Source: Nanobdellota archaeon
GTDB lineage: Archaea > Nanobdellota > Nanobdellia > Woesearchaeales > SKGA01
NCBI GenBank assembly: GCA_051819805.1
Contig: JBNJHD010000004.1
Coordinates: 1-55,760, forward strand
Length of the DNA stretch: 55,760 nt
Direction of reading: 5' to 3'
Shown: positions 10,051 to 19,594 of the stretch, in pieces
Layout: the number at the start of each line of letters is the position of its first letter
Numbering within the stretch: position 1 is the first letter of the stretch
Position numbers and translations under genes: made by a program
The notes under the pieces: model-generated
What the model was told of the DNA's origin: nothing
The model's input: the letters and a program-made list of their open reading frames with translations, nothing else
Databases searched by the model: none

Positions 10051-11532
10051 TTATTTGTTGAGGAGCTTCTTCGTGATATCTTGAGCTCCGTATTGGATTT
10101 TCATGAAGTACATTCCGTCAGTGAAGTCTTTTGTGAAGTCAACATTCATCTTACCGTTATTGACCATATGTGATCCGTTATAGACTTGTTGTCCTTGGAT
10201 GTTGTACATGCTGACAGTGACCATTTTTCTAGAAACGGTCGGATCATTGAAATCAACGTGCACTTTATCCTTGAAAGGATTCGGATAGACATTCGCTTCA
10301 AGTCCGTCAGGATGATCCGGAAGCGCATCATCAATGTCTGTCGATTGGTCAAGAACGTAGGTAAGCACAGTATCGCTTGCTAGTGTCACTGTATCAGCGA
10401 CCGGTTCAAAATCATCGTTTGTGATGTTGAATATCCGTTCAATAGAATCTTGTGACGTAATCGCTTCATAGCGGAACGTGCCATTTGCAGTGGAATCATC
10501 TTGTATAGTATCACCATTCATTGCAGTGATGATATAACGTGCATCAATTGGATTACCATCATGATCCATCACCTGTCCTGTTACTTCAAAGACATTGATA
10601 TCTGGTAGTGAATCAAGTCTCAGATCAACTGTATCTTGTTCTCCAGGAGTGAAATTGAATAGTGTGTCACGAGTCTGGTAGGCATTACCCGATGCGATAA
10701 AATTGATAGGAACCTCATTAGTATCAGTCTCATAGACTATCGTCGTATCTCCTGCTTGTGAAAAGAATGTATTGAGGATAGTGTCATTTTTTGCAGTATT
10801 GATCCCTAGAATATTTGTCCCTTCATTAAATGCGATCGGAATCGTATATGAGTAAGGGTCAAGATCGCCGTTGCCTGTCGTATCGATATATGCGTTGAAT
10901 TTCAGCGTGTCAAGATCAGAAAGAGTCATTGTTTTCATCGTATCAAGACCTAATCCCTCATTATGGATTCGCATAGTGAATTCTTCAGAAGACCCTTCCG
11001 TGACGTAGTCAGTGAGCCATTCTTTCGTTGAATCAACAGTCGTATTCCGGATAACCCCACCATCGAGAAGCACGCTCGCTTGGGATCCTTCGTTTGCGGT
11101 CGCTTGGAACACATAAGTACTGATATCAGATGATCCTTCTGTGAAACTATCTAGGAACCTTCTTGTGCTATCCATGACTTCTTGCTCTTCATCAGTATAT
11201 CCTACATTGATATATTGACTTTTCTCTCCAAGATTGAGTGTTGTGTCAGTATTTCCGAAGACAATGTAATTTGCCCTGTCAGGAGCATCATCTTTGAATG
11301 CATAAAAGTTCTCCTTATCATTGTCAACATAGGACGAATTGAGAAGGACTAATCCTTCAGGTAGTTGTGATAGTTGTTCTGTCTGCATGCTGTCAGGCAG
11401 GTAACCTAGATTCTTCATGCTCTGGATAGTAACGTCATTTTGAGAAAGTGCTGATCCAGCAACGAATCCTCCAAATAGTGTCAAGAAAGCATTTTGCGCA
11501 AATTTTTTTATTGAGTGTTTCATTGTATCCAT
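10051..11532 (-). CDS. Secreted protein with T9SS type A (Por secretion) C-terminal sorting domain
   Basis: C-terminus NVYPNPFKD...MYNIQGQQV...DGMYFMKI...TKKLL; N-terminal signal peptide ending ALS|Q. Confidence 0.8.
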   Translation of the reverse strand: MDTMKHSIKKFAQNAFLTLFGGFVAGSALSQNDVTIQSMKNLGYLPDSMQTEQLSQLPEGLVLLNSSYVDNDKENFYAFKDDAPDRANYIVFGNTDTTLNLGEKSQYINVGYTDEEQEVMDSTRRFLDSFTEGSSDISTYVFQATANEGSQASVLLDGGVIRNTTVDSTKEWLTDYVTEGSSEEFTMRIHNEGLGLDTMKTMTLSDLDTLKFNAYIDTTGNGDLDPYSYTIPIAFNEGTNILGINTAKNDTILNTFFSQAGDTTIVYETDTNEVPINFIASGNAYQTRDTLFNFTPGEQDTVDLRLDSLPDINVFEVTGQVMDHDGNPIDARYIITAMNGDTIQDDSTANGTFRYEAITSQDSIERIFNITNDDFEPVADTVTLASDTVLTYVLDQSTDIDDALPDHPDGLEANVYPNPFKDKVHVDFNDPTVSRKMVTVSMYNIQGQQVYNGSHMVNNGKMNVDFTKDFTDGMYFMKIQYGAQDITKKLLNK

Positions 11533-11739
11533 TCAACCCCCTTTGTATCGATACATAGTGGAAAATATTGTTTGTTATCACTTTGAAGTGAAGTTTATTA
11601 TATAAATGTTTCTTTTTCAGACTACTCTTCAGATACGGCAATTCATATTTTTAACTGCAATAGTGCATATGAATATATATAAACCTGCCCATATACCATG
11701 CAAGCGATCTCATCAGAAATGCAGGATTAAACTATAAAA

Positions 11740-11809
11740 GGACCTGTCCAGAAAGGAACATATTTCTATTATCGATCAAGCAGTAGTGTAAATCATTCTG
11801 GATACAACC
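11740..11809. mobile_element. Degenerate short relative of the 163-bp MITE (ends only)
   Basis: Left end GGACCTGTCCAGAAAGGAA and right end CATTCTGGATACAACC match the MITE termini with 2-3 mismatches; no clean TSD. Confidence 0.45.
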
Positions 11810-11896
11810 ATAAAAAGCAAAACTTTAAAAATGAATGAAAAGTATATCGGTATAGATTTTCCTAAACTGAGATACATAATTAATAGGTGAACACGT

Positions 11897-13036
11897 ATGA
11901 GCCAAGATATGAATACACTCACAGAAACATTGTTCAATAGCGGACTTGCAGGGAGTCCTGGAGAGGCCCGTCGCATGGCAGAAGAAATGCTTTCCACAAG
12001 CAAGAAAGTAGCAGAATCTTCTGAAGAGAACCAACAGACGAATTTTGCGGTAAAGCGATACAAGCGTCCTGAAAAAAAACCAGAAGAGAGAACAGCAGAA
12101 CAACAACCTACAGACAATGAGACCGCAGGATATTCTTCATCACTTGATCCTCAAAAGCGTGAATCATACAATAAAGAGTTCCGTGACAGAGCATTATCAA
12201 ACAGACCTATTGATGTACAGGTCGAATTTGACACTCCTCGCCGAAACGCTGAAGCGACAAAAAATAAATATCTTGAAACACAAAATGCTGAAAAGTATAA
12301 ACAACAATTCCAAGCAAGCGACATTCCCGACACTCATTCCGAATACAAATCCCCTGAAACAAGCAGAGCGCCAAACAGTGAAGATCAATCAATAGATAGG
12401 ATGAACACAACAGCAGAGCAGTTCACAGATCACAGTGCAGCAGAGCAGACTCAAGAGCACAATGCAGCAGAGCAGAAAGTAGCGCACAGTGAAACTGAAG
12501 AACCCACACCTCAATTCTCGAACCAGACATTCTCTACAGGAAGCCTTCTCGATCAGGCAATCCGCAGAGTTGAAAGTTCGAAATCCTCAGACAGCATAAG
12601 TCCTGAAGAGTATTCCAGCAAGAATATAGAAGAAGAGAACACCAGCGATCCAGTGCAACAGCCAGAACACAGCACAACAGACAACCATCCACAGTTTTCC
12701 GAACACACTACAGCAGAACAAACTTCAAATCTTTCTTCAAACGCCTTCTTCCCGGATAAAAACAGTGAAGCAGAAAATAATATACAGGACACGGATTTCA
12801 AGTCCCAATTCACTGCATCCAGTCCTCAGATGACAGCACCGCAGAACCAGCATCACAGTACAACCGACTCTAACGCTCACACCCCTGAAAATCAGGATGC
12901 GAATACTGAATCCTTATCTTCAGATGCTAAATCCCAATCCCGTACAAGTGGTCAGCGAAGAGAGATGACTGAAGAAGAGAAAAAGCAGCAAGAAGAAGTG
13001 GATTTGACAAAACACTTCAACTTCTCGAACAATTGA
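11897..13036 (+). CDS. Hypothetical, largely disordered S/T/Q/E-rich protein with short structured ends
   Basis: 379-aa ORF; AGGTGA RBS; N-terminal LFNSGLAGS..EA..MAE and C-terminal VDLTKHFNF. Confidence 0.8.
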   Translation: MSQDMNTLTETLFNSGLAGSPGEARRMAEEMLSTSKKVAESSEENQQTNFAVKRYKRPEKKPEERTAEQQPTDNETAGYSSSLDPQKRESYNKEFRDRALSNRPIDVQVEFDTPRRNAEATKNKYLETQNAEKYKQQFQASDIPDTHSEYKSPETSRAPNSEDQSIDRMNTTAEQFTDHSAAEQTQEHNAAEQKVAHSETEEPTPQFSNQTFSTGSLLDQAIRRVESSKSSDSISPEEYSSKNIEEENTSDPVQQPEHSTTDNHPQFSEHTTAEQTSNLSSNAFFPDKNSEAENNIQDTDFKSQFTASSPQMTAPQNQHHSTTDSNAHTPENQDANTESLSSDAKSQSRTSGQRREMTEEEKKQQEEVDLTKHFNFSNN

Positions 13037-13052
13037 GATGTGAACACTTTTT

Positions 13053-13574
13053 TTATTTCAATTTGAATTCTTTAATTATCGTATAGATAGGTCCTTCAGG
13101 AGTGATCGTGCTTTGGATGAGTTTGAATGAATTGACATTGATTGACGTCCTAGCAACAGGTTGGCGTTTTGCTTGAATGGAAGTAGAACCCATCATCCTC
13201 TTCCTTCTCGCTATAGTGACATGCGGTATGAATCGTTTCTGCGGTTGAATTCCAAAAGAGGTAAGCTGTTTTGTGATCTGTCGTTGAAGTATGGACACTA
13301 TCTCTTTCTCCTTTATTCCCACCCAGAATATATCTCGTTTTCTCTTGATAGAAAAGAAGCTAAGATGATCAAAGGTCATCCGGAATGATTTTCCGCTAAC
13401 ATTATCGAGAGATCGTATTAATTTATTGAGTTTTGATTCGGATTGATTGCCGAGAAAAAGCAATGTCAAATGGAATGTGTCAAGTGACCGTGCATCCGAA
13501 GGCACATACGTAGCCTGTAATCGAGAAAAATACTTCTCAAGGTCATTGCAGTCAATCGCTATGAAAAGACGCAT
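13053..13574 (-). CDS. thpR: RNA 2',3'-cyclic phosphodiesterase (2H family, LigT)
   Basis: MRLFIAID start; two HxT motifs (HLTLLFLG, PHVTIAR). Confidence 0.9.
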   Translation of the reverse strand: MRLFIAIDCNDLEKYFSRLQATYVPSDARSLDTFHLTLLFLGNQSESKLNKLIRSLDNVSGKSFRMTFDHLSFFSIKRKRDIFWVGIKEKEIVSILQRQITKQLTSFGIQPQKRFIPHVTIARRKRMMGSTSIQAKRQPVARTSINVNSFKLIQSTITPEGPIYTIIKEFKLK

Positions 13575-13656
13575 ATAACACAGTAATGGTAGAAACAAGT
13601 TTTAAATGTTTGTATTGAAAAATGAAAAATAATAAAGAAAGCAGTTATGTGCTTTT

Positions 13657-13944
13657 TTATTTAGGAATCTTTTCAAGAACAATCTCTATAGTCGAGACAT
13701 GAACATCTTTTCCTTCCTTATTCTTGAACTCTTCAGAATCAATAGTGATATCTTTCACACGGATCTGATCTTTAAGAAACCGTTTGAGCGCAATCTCGGA
13801 GACATCAACTGCTCGACTTATGAATTTTCCCCTTGCCTTGACAAACACTTCATCCGCTCCTTTCGTCGTGAACTGGATAACGACACCAGTAACATAATTC
13901 ATGAACGGTTTTGTACCAACAAAAATAGAGTTATCCTTTTCCAT
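13657..13944 (-). CDS. albA: DNA/RNA-binding protein Alba
   Basis: IFVGTKPFMNYV, KARGKFISRAVDV, VSTIEIVL. Confidence 0.95.
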   Translation of the reverse strand: MEKDNSIFVGTKPFMNYVTGVVIQFTTKGADEVFVKARGKFISRAVDVSEIALKRFLKDQIRVKDITIDSEEFKNKEGKDVHVSTIEIVLEKIPK

Positions 13945-14005
13945 CACTTATCACTCCTTGAGTTGTTTCTTGAACACTTACTCCAGAAAAACAAAGTAAC
14001 AAAAA

Positions 14006-14206
14006 TCAGACTTCATCACGAAGATCCCTTATTTTCATTCGTGTAGTATATCCTGCTACAACATTTCGAATCTTCTTGGAAGCACCATCTTCTACTTCTT
14101 TGATGATTTCCTTGTTTTTCGTGAAGTCGGTCGTGAACCGATCCTTGTATTTCTGGTATACTTCAGCTGTTAATGCTTTGATGAGTTTTGTCTTGATTCG
14201 TCCCAT
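14006..14206 (-). CDS. rps17e: 30S ribosomal protein eS17
   Basis: MGRIKT..IK, FTTDF..NK, SKKIRN.VAGY.TR. Confidence 0.95.
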   Translation of the reverse strand: MGRIKTKLIKALTAEVYQKYKDRFTTDFTKNKEIIKEVEDGASKKIRNVVAGYTTRMKIRDLRDEV

Positions 14207-14257
14207 GTAATATCACGTTCCAAGAGGAATACATCTAGGATTTATAAAAATAGCGCT

Positions 14258-14650
14258 TTAGAATCCCAAATCAAGTAATGATTGGACAAAACGATTCACT
14301 TCCTTATCGTTTCTGATTCGTCGTGTCAGATTGACATCGTAACCTACAGGAACCTCATTACTGAACTCAGGAACTGCTTTTACAGGACTACATTCATCAG
14401 CAGCCCCTTTACCGCTCAAATATTGTTTGAGAAAATGCATTTGTACCCCTAATTCTTCAGGAGTGTCCGATCGCGAAAGCTCTGCAGGTCCAAGACCACG
14501 TAATCCTCGCCTATAATTATCAATATCTGCATTCCCATTTGTTGATACTGCGCATACATAAACGGGATGAGGCTTTTCATTATATATCGTCTTTGGTTCC
14601 AACACGAAGTAATCAATATTGATTATATCAGGATTTCTTGTTGAATGCAT
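14258..14650 (-). CDS. Hypothetical protein
   Basis: Open frame with GGAGGT RBS before ATG 14650; no recognisable motif. Confidence 0.6.
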   Translation of the reverse strand: MHSTRNPDIINIDYFVLEPKTIYNEKPHPVYVCAVSTNGNADIDNYRRGLRGLGPAELSRSDTPEELGVQMHFLKQYLSGKGAADECSPVKAVPEFSNEVPVGYDVNLTRRIRNDKEVNRFVQSLLDLGF

Positions 14651-14961
14651 TTGTAACCTCCAAAAATCACTACTAAGTAGACTGCAAATACGATGCAGAA
14701 TATAAATATTAGTATATGACATTATGAAGTGATGAAAAAAAAGAAAAGATCAAAAAAACAATTAAATGGAAATTAAAGAACAATTATGGATTAATCGAAA
14801 GAAAAGAAACAAAAAAAACAGCTTATATACGAAAATGAGTTGAATAAAGCCGTTTTAAGGTATTTGATCTTATTTAAATATATAGTATTGACACCCAATA
14901 TATATTTAAATAAAAATCAGTTTTAGAATTTTTGGTGTTTATTGCGAGGTGTTTAGATACT

Positions 14962-15156
14962 ATGACAGCAGAGTATGAAAACTGCGATATTGATCGGTTT
15001 TCGCGTAAAGTGACGAAATTGCTTTCAAAACATGATGGCAAGAATTTTTTTGACATATTAAAAGAACGAACCAATATCAAAGACGAGTTCCGTTCTCTTC
15101 TCGATCTCGGTAATAACGAGCTTGAAGAATACATTGATAAGGCGCTTGCTAACTAG
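14962..15156 (+). CDS. Small hypothetical helical protein
   Basis: GAGGTG RBS; 64-aa charged ORF. Confidence 0.55.
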   Translation: MTAEYENCDIDRFSRKVTKLLSKHDGKNFFDILKERTNIKDEFRSLLDLGNNELEEYIDKALAN

Positions 15157-15167
15157 AGCGTCATGGT

Positions 15168-16757
15168 TTAGTCATCTCTTTTTTGTCGTTTGCTTCTCAA
15201 TAGTCGATGATAGCTTACACCGAAACGGTGAGCTTCATCACGCACATACATTAGTGTTCGCATCATCAATGAATCCTTCTTGAATCGCTTTGCGACCGAT
15301 TCATGGGGAAAATAGAGTTCTTCTTCTTTTTTGGCAAGACCGATCAGAGGAATATCAATACTTAGTTTCTCGAGTGCCTTGACGGCGAAATCCACTTGTA
15401 TTGCACCCCCATCAATAAGGATCAAGTCAGGAAAAGGCATCGTCTCTTCTTTCAGTCGGGAATATCTTCGGGCAACTACTTCTTCCATCGCCCTGAAATC
15501 ATCAATCCCATCAATAGTTTTTATCTTGAATCGGCGATAATATCCCTTGACCGGCTGTCCGTCCCTGAAATAGCTCATCGACCCCACCATCTCAGTTCCT
15601 GAAAGGTGCGAGATATCAAAGCATTCGATGGTCCTCACTGGATGGTCAAGCTCGAGTTTCTCTTGTATCTCTTTTGCAAGTAACTCTGCCTCACTGAACT
15701 TCGCGTCAAGATTGCTCTCTACCATCAAGAGCAGTTCTTTCTTGAGCCCTCGTTTCGGCACTGTCAGCGTCACCTTATGCCCTGCTTTCTCGTTCAAGTA
15801 CTCACCGATGGACTCATCCTCAAGCTCGTGCGGCAATATTACTTCTGATGGTAGCGGTGCGACTTCGTAGTATCGCTTGAGAAACTCATCAAGCACCGAT
15901 CTTTCATCAGCTATAGTGAATTGTTCTCTATCTTGCAATACGCCATTTCGAAATGAGAAGAGAATGATATAGACTTTTTCGAGATGATCCTTTTTATCCT
16001 TATAGCGCTTGTAGCCGATGACATCCTGTTCTTCGAGCCGGTTGTTCTCAACCAGCATCCTTTTTTGCAGGTAGCCGAGCGCTTCAATCTGATCCTTTCT
16101 CTCACTGGCCTTTTCGAACTCAAGATGTTCTGAATACTCCTGCATTTCACTTTCAAGCTCCTTGATAAGTTCCTCATTATCTCCCTTGAGATACCTCTTT
16201 ACCACCTTGACATACGTCATATACTCCTCGTGTGACTGGTAGTTGACACATGGCGCTTTACAGATCTCGATGTGATATCGCAGGCAGGGTTTTTTAGGGA
16301 ATTTCCTGCACGTCCGTATGAAGAATTTCTTTTGCAGCGTCTCGATGAGCGTTCGCCGTAGTCGTCCGCTGGTAAACGGACCGAAGTATTCCCCCTCCAT
16401 CTTTTTCGATCGTGCAGTTAGCAGTCTCGGATACTCTTCGTTTGTCAACAGTATCCATGCGTAGCGCACTCCATATTTCAGTTCGATATTGTATTTTGGC
16501 TTGTGCTTCCTGATGAGATTCGATTCGAGAAGCAACGCTTCCACTTCATTCTTTGTCACGATAACATCAATATCTCTGATTGCCTCCACAAGGGACGCCG
16601 TCTTGCTGTCAAGCAGGTCTTTTGCGAAGTAGCTGGACACACGTTTCTTGAGATTCTTCGCCTTTCCTATATAGATAGTCTCTCCACTGATATCCTTGAA
16701 GAAATAGCATCCTGGTTTTGATGGCAGTTTAGAGAGTGAAAACGGCGCTTGTGGCAT
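15168..16757 (-). CDS. uvrC: Excinuclease ABC subunit C
   Basis: GIY-YIG (PGCY..YIGKAKNLKKRV), UVR helix, IECFDISH, DDF, LIDGG, RDEAHRF; ends without the C-terminal HhH. Confidence 0.95.
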   Translation of the reverse strand: MPQAPFSLSKLPSKPGCYFFKDISGETIYIGKAKNLKKRVSSYFAKDLLDSKTASLVEAIRDIDVIVTKNEVEALLLESNLIRKHKPKYNIELKYGVRYAWILLTNEEYPRLLTARSKKMEGEYFGPFTSGRLRRTLIETLQKKFFIRTCRKFPKKPCLRYHIEICKAPCVNYQSHEEYMTYVKVVKRYLKGDNEELIKELESEMQEYSEHLEFEKASERKDQIEALGYLQKRMLVENNRLEEQDVIGYKRYKDKKDHLEKVYIILFSFRNGVLQDREQFTIADERSVLDEFLKRYYEVAPLPSEVILPHELEDESIGEYLNEKAGHKVTLTVPKRGLKKELLLMVESNLDAKFSEAELLAKEIQEKLELDHPVRTIECFDISHLSGTEMVGSMSYFRDGQPVKGYYRRFKIKTIDGIDDFRAMEEVVARRYSRLKEETMPFPDLILIDGGAIQVDFAVKALEKLSIDIPLIGLAKKEEELYFPHESVAKRFKKDSLMMRTLMYVRDEAHRFGVSYHRLLRSKRQKRDD

Positions 16758-16864
16758 AGGAGTTTAGAACCAGCAGCGATTTTTAAAGATTTGGCATGGA
16801 AACACACATTGGATCAAGCGTACTCCAAAAGATATATTAATGCAGATATATTTGATTTGGACAT

Positions 16865-17710
16865 ATGGCTGATCCTGTACAACCTCAAAAGACCGACCCG
16901 CACCTTCGTTTTGACCTGTTCAAGAAGGCTGAAGGGCGGCTTCTGGAGAATCTTCGTGAGCATGAGCGTGAGATCAAACGTCTCATGGCCGAACTCGAGA
17001 CCATAAGGAATCTTCTTGAGGAAGCGAGTGATGATATCGAGGAGAAGGATCAGGAGCGTCTTGAGAACGAACGTGAGCGTGTCGAGGAGCAGCGTCGCGC
17101 CCTTGAAGAGGTAGTCAACGAATCTTCTGAGATGCGCCGTGAAGGCGAGAACGAAAGGCAAGCACAGGAATTGCCTGATAATTACACTCCTGTGACTGCC
17201 CAGCGCTTGACGATGGCAGCGAGCTATTCCACTCGTCAGGAATTGTATCAGCTTCAAAATAAAGAAGAGTGGACCCCTGATGATGCGTACCGTTTCTTCG
17301 AGATCTCCAATGCTGTCCAGACGACACAACAGTACAGTTTCTCTGCTCCAATCCAGGAAAATATTACCCAGACCTATGATCTTATCCGTAATGTTGCAGA
17401 CCAGCAGCGCAACCAGATTGAAATGAACTATGACTCTTCACTTGCCGATCGCATACAAACATATCAGAGCCCAACAACCAGCTCACAATTCTCAGCGTCC
17501 AGTACAGCAGACAACAGACCCCAAAGCCCAGATATAACGCAGAATTATACAACACTCGACACACAATTATCACCAGAACCCAACACCCAGCACACCGGTT
17601 CAATCCCTCAGAACCCTGAACCCAGTACAGCAGACAATACCCTCGATACATCTGAAGATCTGAAAAACAAATACAAGCCGAACAAGCTTGATCTGGATAA
17701 GGAAAGCTGA
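16865..17710 (+). CDS. Hypothetical protein, N-terminal coiled coil and S/T/P-rich tail
   Basis: 281-aa ORF with E/R-rich heptads; divergent from uvrC. Confidence 0.75.
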   Translation: MADPVQPQKTDPHLRFDLFKKAEGRLLENLREHEREIKRLMAELETIRNLLEEASDDIEEKDQERLENERERVEEQRRALEEVVNESSEMRREGENERQAQELPDNYTPVTAQRLTMAASYSTRQELYQLQNKEEWTPDDAYRFFEISNAVQTTQQYSFSAPIQENITQTYDLIRNVADQQRNQIEMNYDSSLADRIQTYQSPTTSSQFSASSTADNRPQSPDITQNYTTLDTQLSPEPNTQHTGSIPQNPEPSTADNTLDTSEDLKNKYKPNKLDLDKES

Positions 17711-17743
17711 TCGGAAACGATTTCTCGAACAAGTTACGCTCCA

Positions 17744-17906
17744 GGCTCTGTCCAGAAAGGAATACTTTTGTATACTAAACAAAAAAATCGAATTTACGTT
17801 TGCTCTATAAATGGAAGAAAAACCTCTCAACGAGAGGTTTTGGGGAGGTGTGGGGCGAACATGGTAATATGCAAACGGTTCACATATGGTCATTCTGGAC
17901 AGAGCC
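17744..17906. mobile_element. MITE copy 1 (163 bp)
   Basis: Perfect 14-bp TIR GGCTCTGTCCAGAA/TTCTGGACAGAGCC; 8-bp TSD ACGCTCCA at 17736-17743 and 17907-17914; near-identical copy at 43501. Confidence 0.92.
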
Positions 17907-18011
17907 ACGCTCCAGTAAGATTTATAAAAAGGATGTCATTCCGTGAAGGCTGCTGTAATTCAACATTACACACAGAATATCATACTAATAGAATATCAGG
18001 TGATGATTACT

Positions 18012-18494
18012 ATGGGAAAAGAAAATATTGAAGTCCTGATCACAGGCGGTAAAGCGACCGCAGCTCCACCTCTTGGTCCTGCTCTAGGTCCTATGGGTGT
18101 TAATATAGGCCAGGTTGTTGGTGATATCAACAAGAAAACTGCCGATTTTGCAGGAATGCAAGTTCCAGTGACTGTCACGATCGATACAGACACGAAAGAA
18201 TACACTATCACTGTCGGTACTCCTCCAGCTTCTGCTCTTATCAAGCAGGAAGCTAATCTCAAGAAAGCAGCTCAGACGCCAGGTACTGAAACTGCAGGAG
18301 ATATCTCTTTTGACAAAGTTCTAAAGATCGTTCGTATGAAACAAGATAATCTTCTCGGTATAAACAGTAAGGAGATGGCTAAAGAGATCATTGGCACATG
18401 CCGTAGCATGGGCATAACCGTTGAAGGCAAACTTGCTGATAAAATCACTGCCGCTATTAACAAGGGCAGTTATGATAGTCAATTCAAAGAATAA
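18012..18494 (+). CDS. rpl11: 50S ribosomal protein uL11
   Basis: GGKATAAPPLGPALGPMGVN, GTCRSMGITVEG; AGGTGA RBS. Confidence 0.96.
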   Translation: MGKENIEVLITGGKATAAPPLGPALGPMGVNIGQVVGDINKKTADFAGMQVPVTVTIDTDTKEYTITVGTPPASALIKQEANLKKAAQTPGTETAGDISFDKVLKIVRMKQDNLLGINSKEMAKEIIGTCRSMGITVEGKLADKITAAINKGSYDSQFKE

Positions 18495-18565
18495 GTCTTA
18501 TTTTTATTTTTCTCTTCACTTCTTTCATTATGGAAATGATTATGATATGATGACTGGTTCTAATT

Positions 18566-18700
18566 CTAGGAGTGTTCTTCCAATTCATCAATATTAGCAT
18601 CTTGATCGTGGTCATAAAGGACTTCTCTATAGATAGTGATAAAACCCACTTCATTGTCAAGCTTGTATTTGTAGCGTTCAATCCGGACGTCAAAAGACAT
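18566..18700 (-). CDS. Possible small acidic protein (44 aa)
   Basis: MSFDVRIERYKYKLDNEVGFITIYREVLYDHDQDANIDELEEHS*; GAGGGGGT RBS. Confidence 0.4.
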   Translation of the reverse strand: MSFDVRIERYKYKLDNEVGFITIYREVLYDHDQDANIDELEEHS

Positions 18701-18814
18701 CTTCTTTTACCCCCTCTGGACTAGTACTAATTATTTTGAAGGTTCTTATACTTGTGGTATATACAAGATATATCTGCATGAACAGTTATTTTCCTGAAGA
18801 ATAAGTGAAAAAAA

Positions 18815-19375
18815 TCATTTAACGAAAAAAAGGTGTTTCTCCTTACCGCTGAGTTCTTTGATAATCCTGCTCACAATGAGTTTTTCAGGGCTTGAGATAA
18901 GTTTTATTCGCTTCTTGATATCATCAAAGCTCTCAAAAGGATCTCCACGACGTTCTTCGATAATCTCCCACATATGCTTTTTACCTAGACCTGGAAGTAG
19001 CTCTAGCGAGTGCATCCTTGTACTTAGTGGCTGACTCTTGTTGAAGAATTTGACAAAATCTTCTTCTCGGTCCTTAATAATTTGCATAAGGACATGATCG
19101 AGTTCTGAGCGTGCTGTGGGCGTGAGTTTCTCAAGAGGAATCTTTCCGACAACGTGATGGATCTTTTCCCTCTTCTGATCACCGACATAAACCTCTTCAT
19201 AAGGTTGTAGGAAGACCTCCTTTCTCGGTACCAGTTCAAGGAGAGCGAGATTATTCCTTCCTATAGCTTGCGCTATTGAAGTCTTCCTATGGCTAGGTCT
19301 TGAATCAGACATATACCCATTAGGTAAGTAGTCCAGTATAATGGCCTGCTCTTCTCGTTTTACCTCTCGGTTCAT
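18815..19375 (-). CDS. DUF655 family putative RNA-binding protein (OB fold and HhH)
   Basis: ILDYLPNG, AQAIG, RMHSLELLPGLGKK, FESFDDI; usual neighbour of rpoF. Confidence 0.92.
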   Translation of the reverse strand: MNREVKREEQAIILDYLPNGYMSDSRPSHRKTSIAQAIGRNNLALLELVPRKEVFLQPYEEVYVGDQKREKIHHVVGKIPLEKLTPTARSELDHVLMQIIKDREEDFVKFFNKSQPLSTRMHSLELLPGLGKKHMWEIIEERRGDPFESFDDIKKRIKLISSPEKLIVSRIIKELSGKEKHLFFVK

Positions 19376-19594
19376 CCTTATTCCCCTCTCTAAATGATTT
19401 TTGGCTATAGTCGCTTAAAAAGCTTTGCATTTCAGGACTTGCCAGCATTATTTGTTATGAGAACTTCCTGTGTGAAGGACGGAGTCTTCAAAAAAGCGCA
19501 TGTACGAACCTTTTTTTTCAGAACGCTTTTTTAGAAATGAGACGTTTCAAGGTGTTGCCTTGTCGTCCGCTTCCAGCCCTTGATGCTCAACACA

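Noticed and set aside
14720-14930. Replication origin
   Set aside because: AT-rich but no repeated ORB elements and no adjacent cdc6/orc1.
17768-18031. 87-aa ORF as a transposase or real gene
   Set aside because: It runs from the MITE interior into the rpl11 promoter and has no DDE or HTH features.
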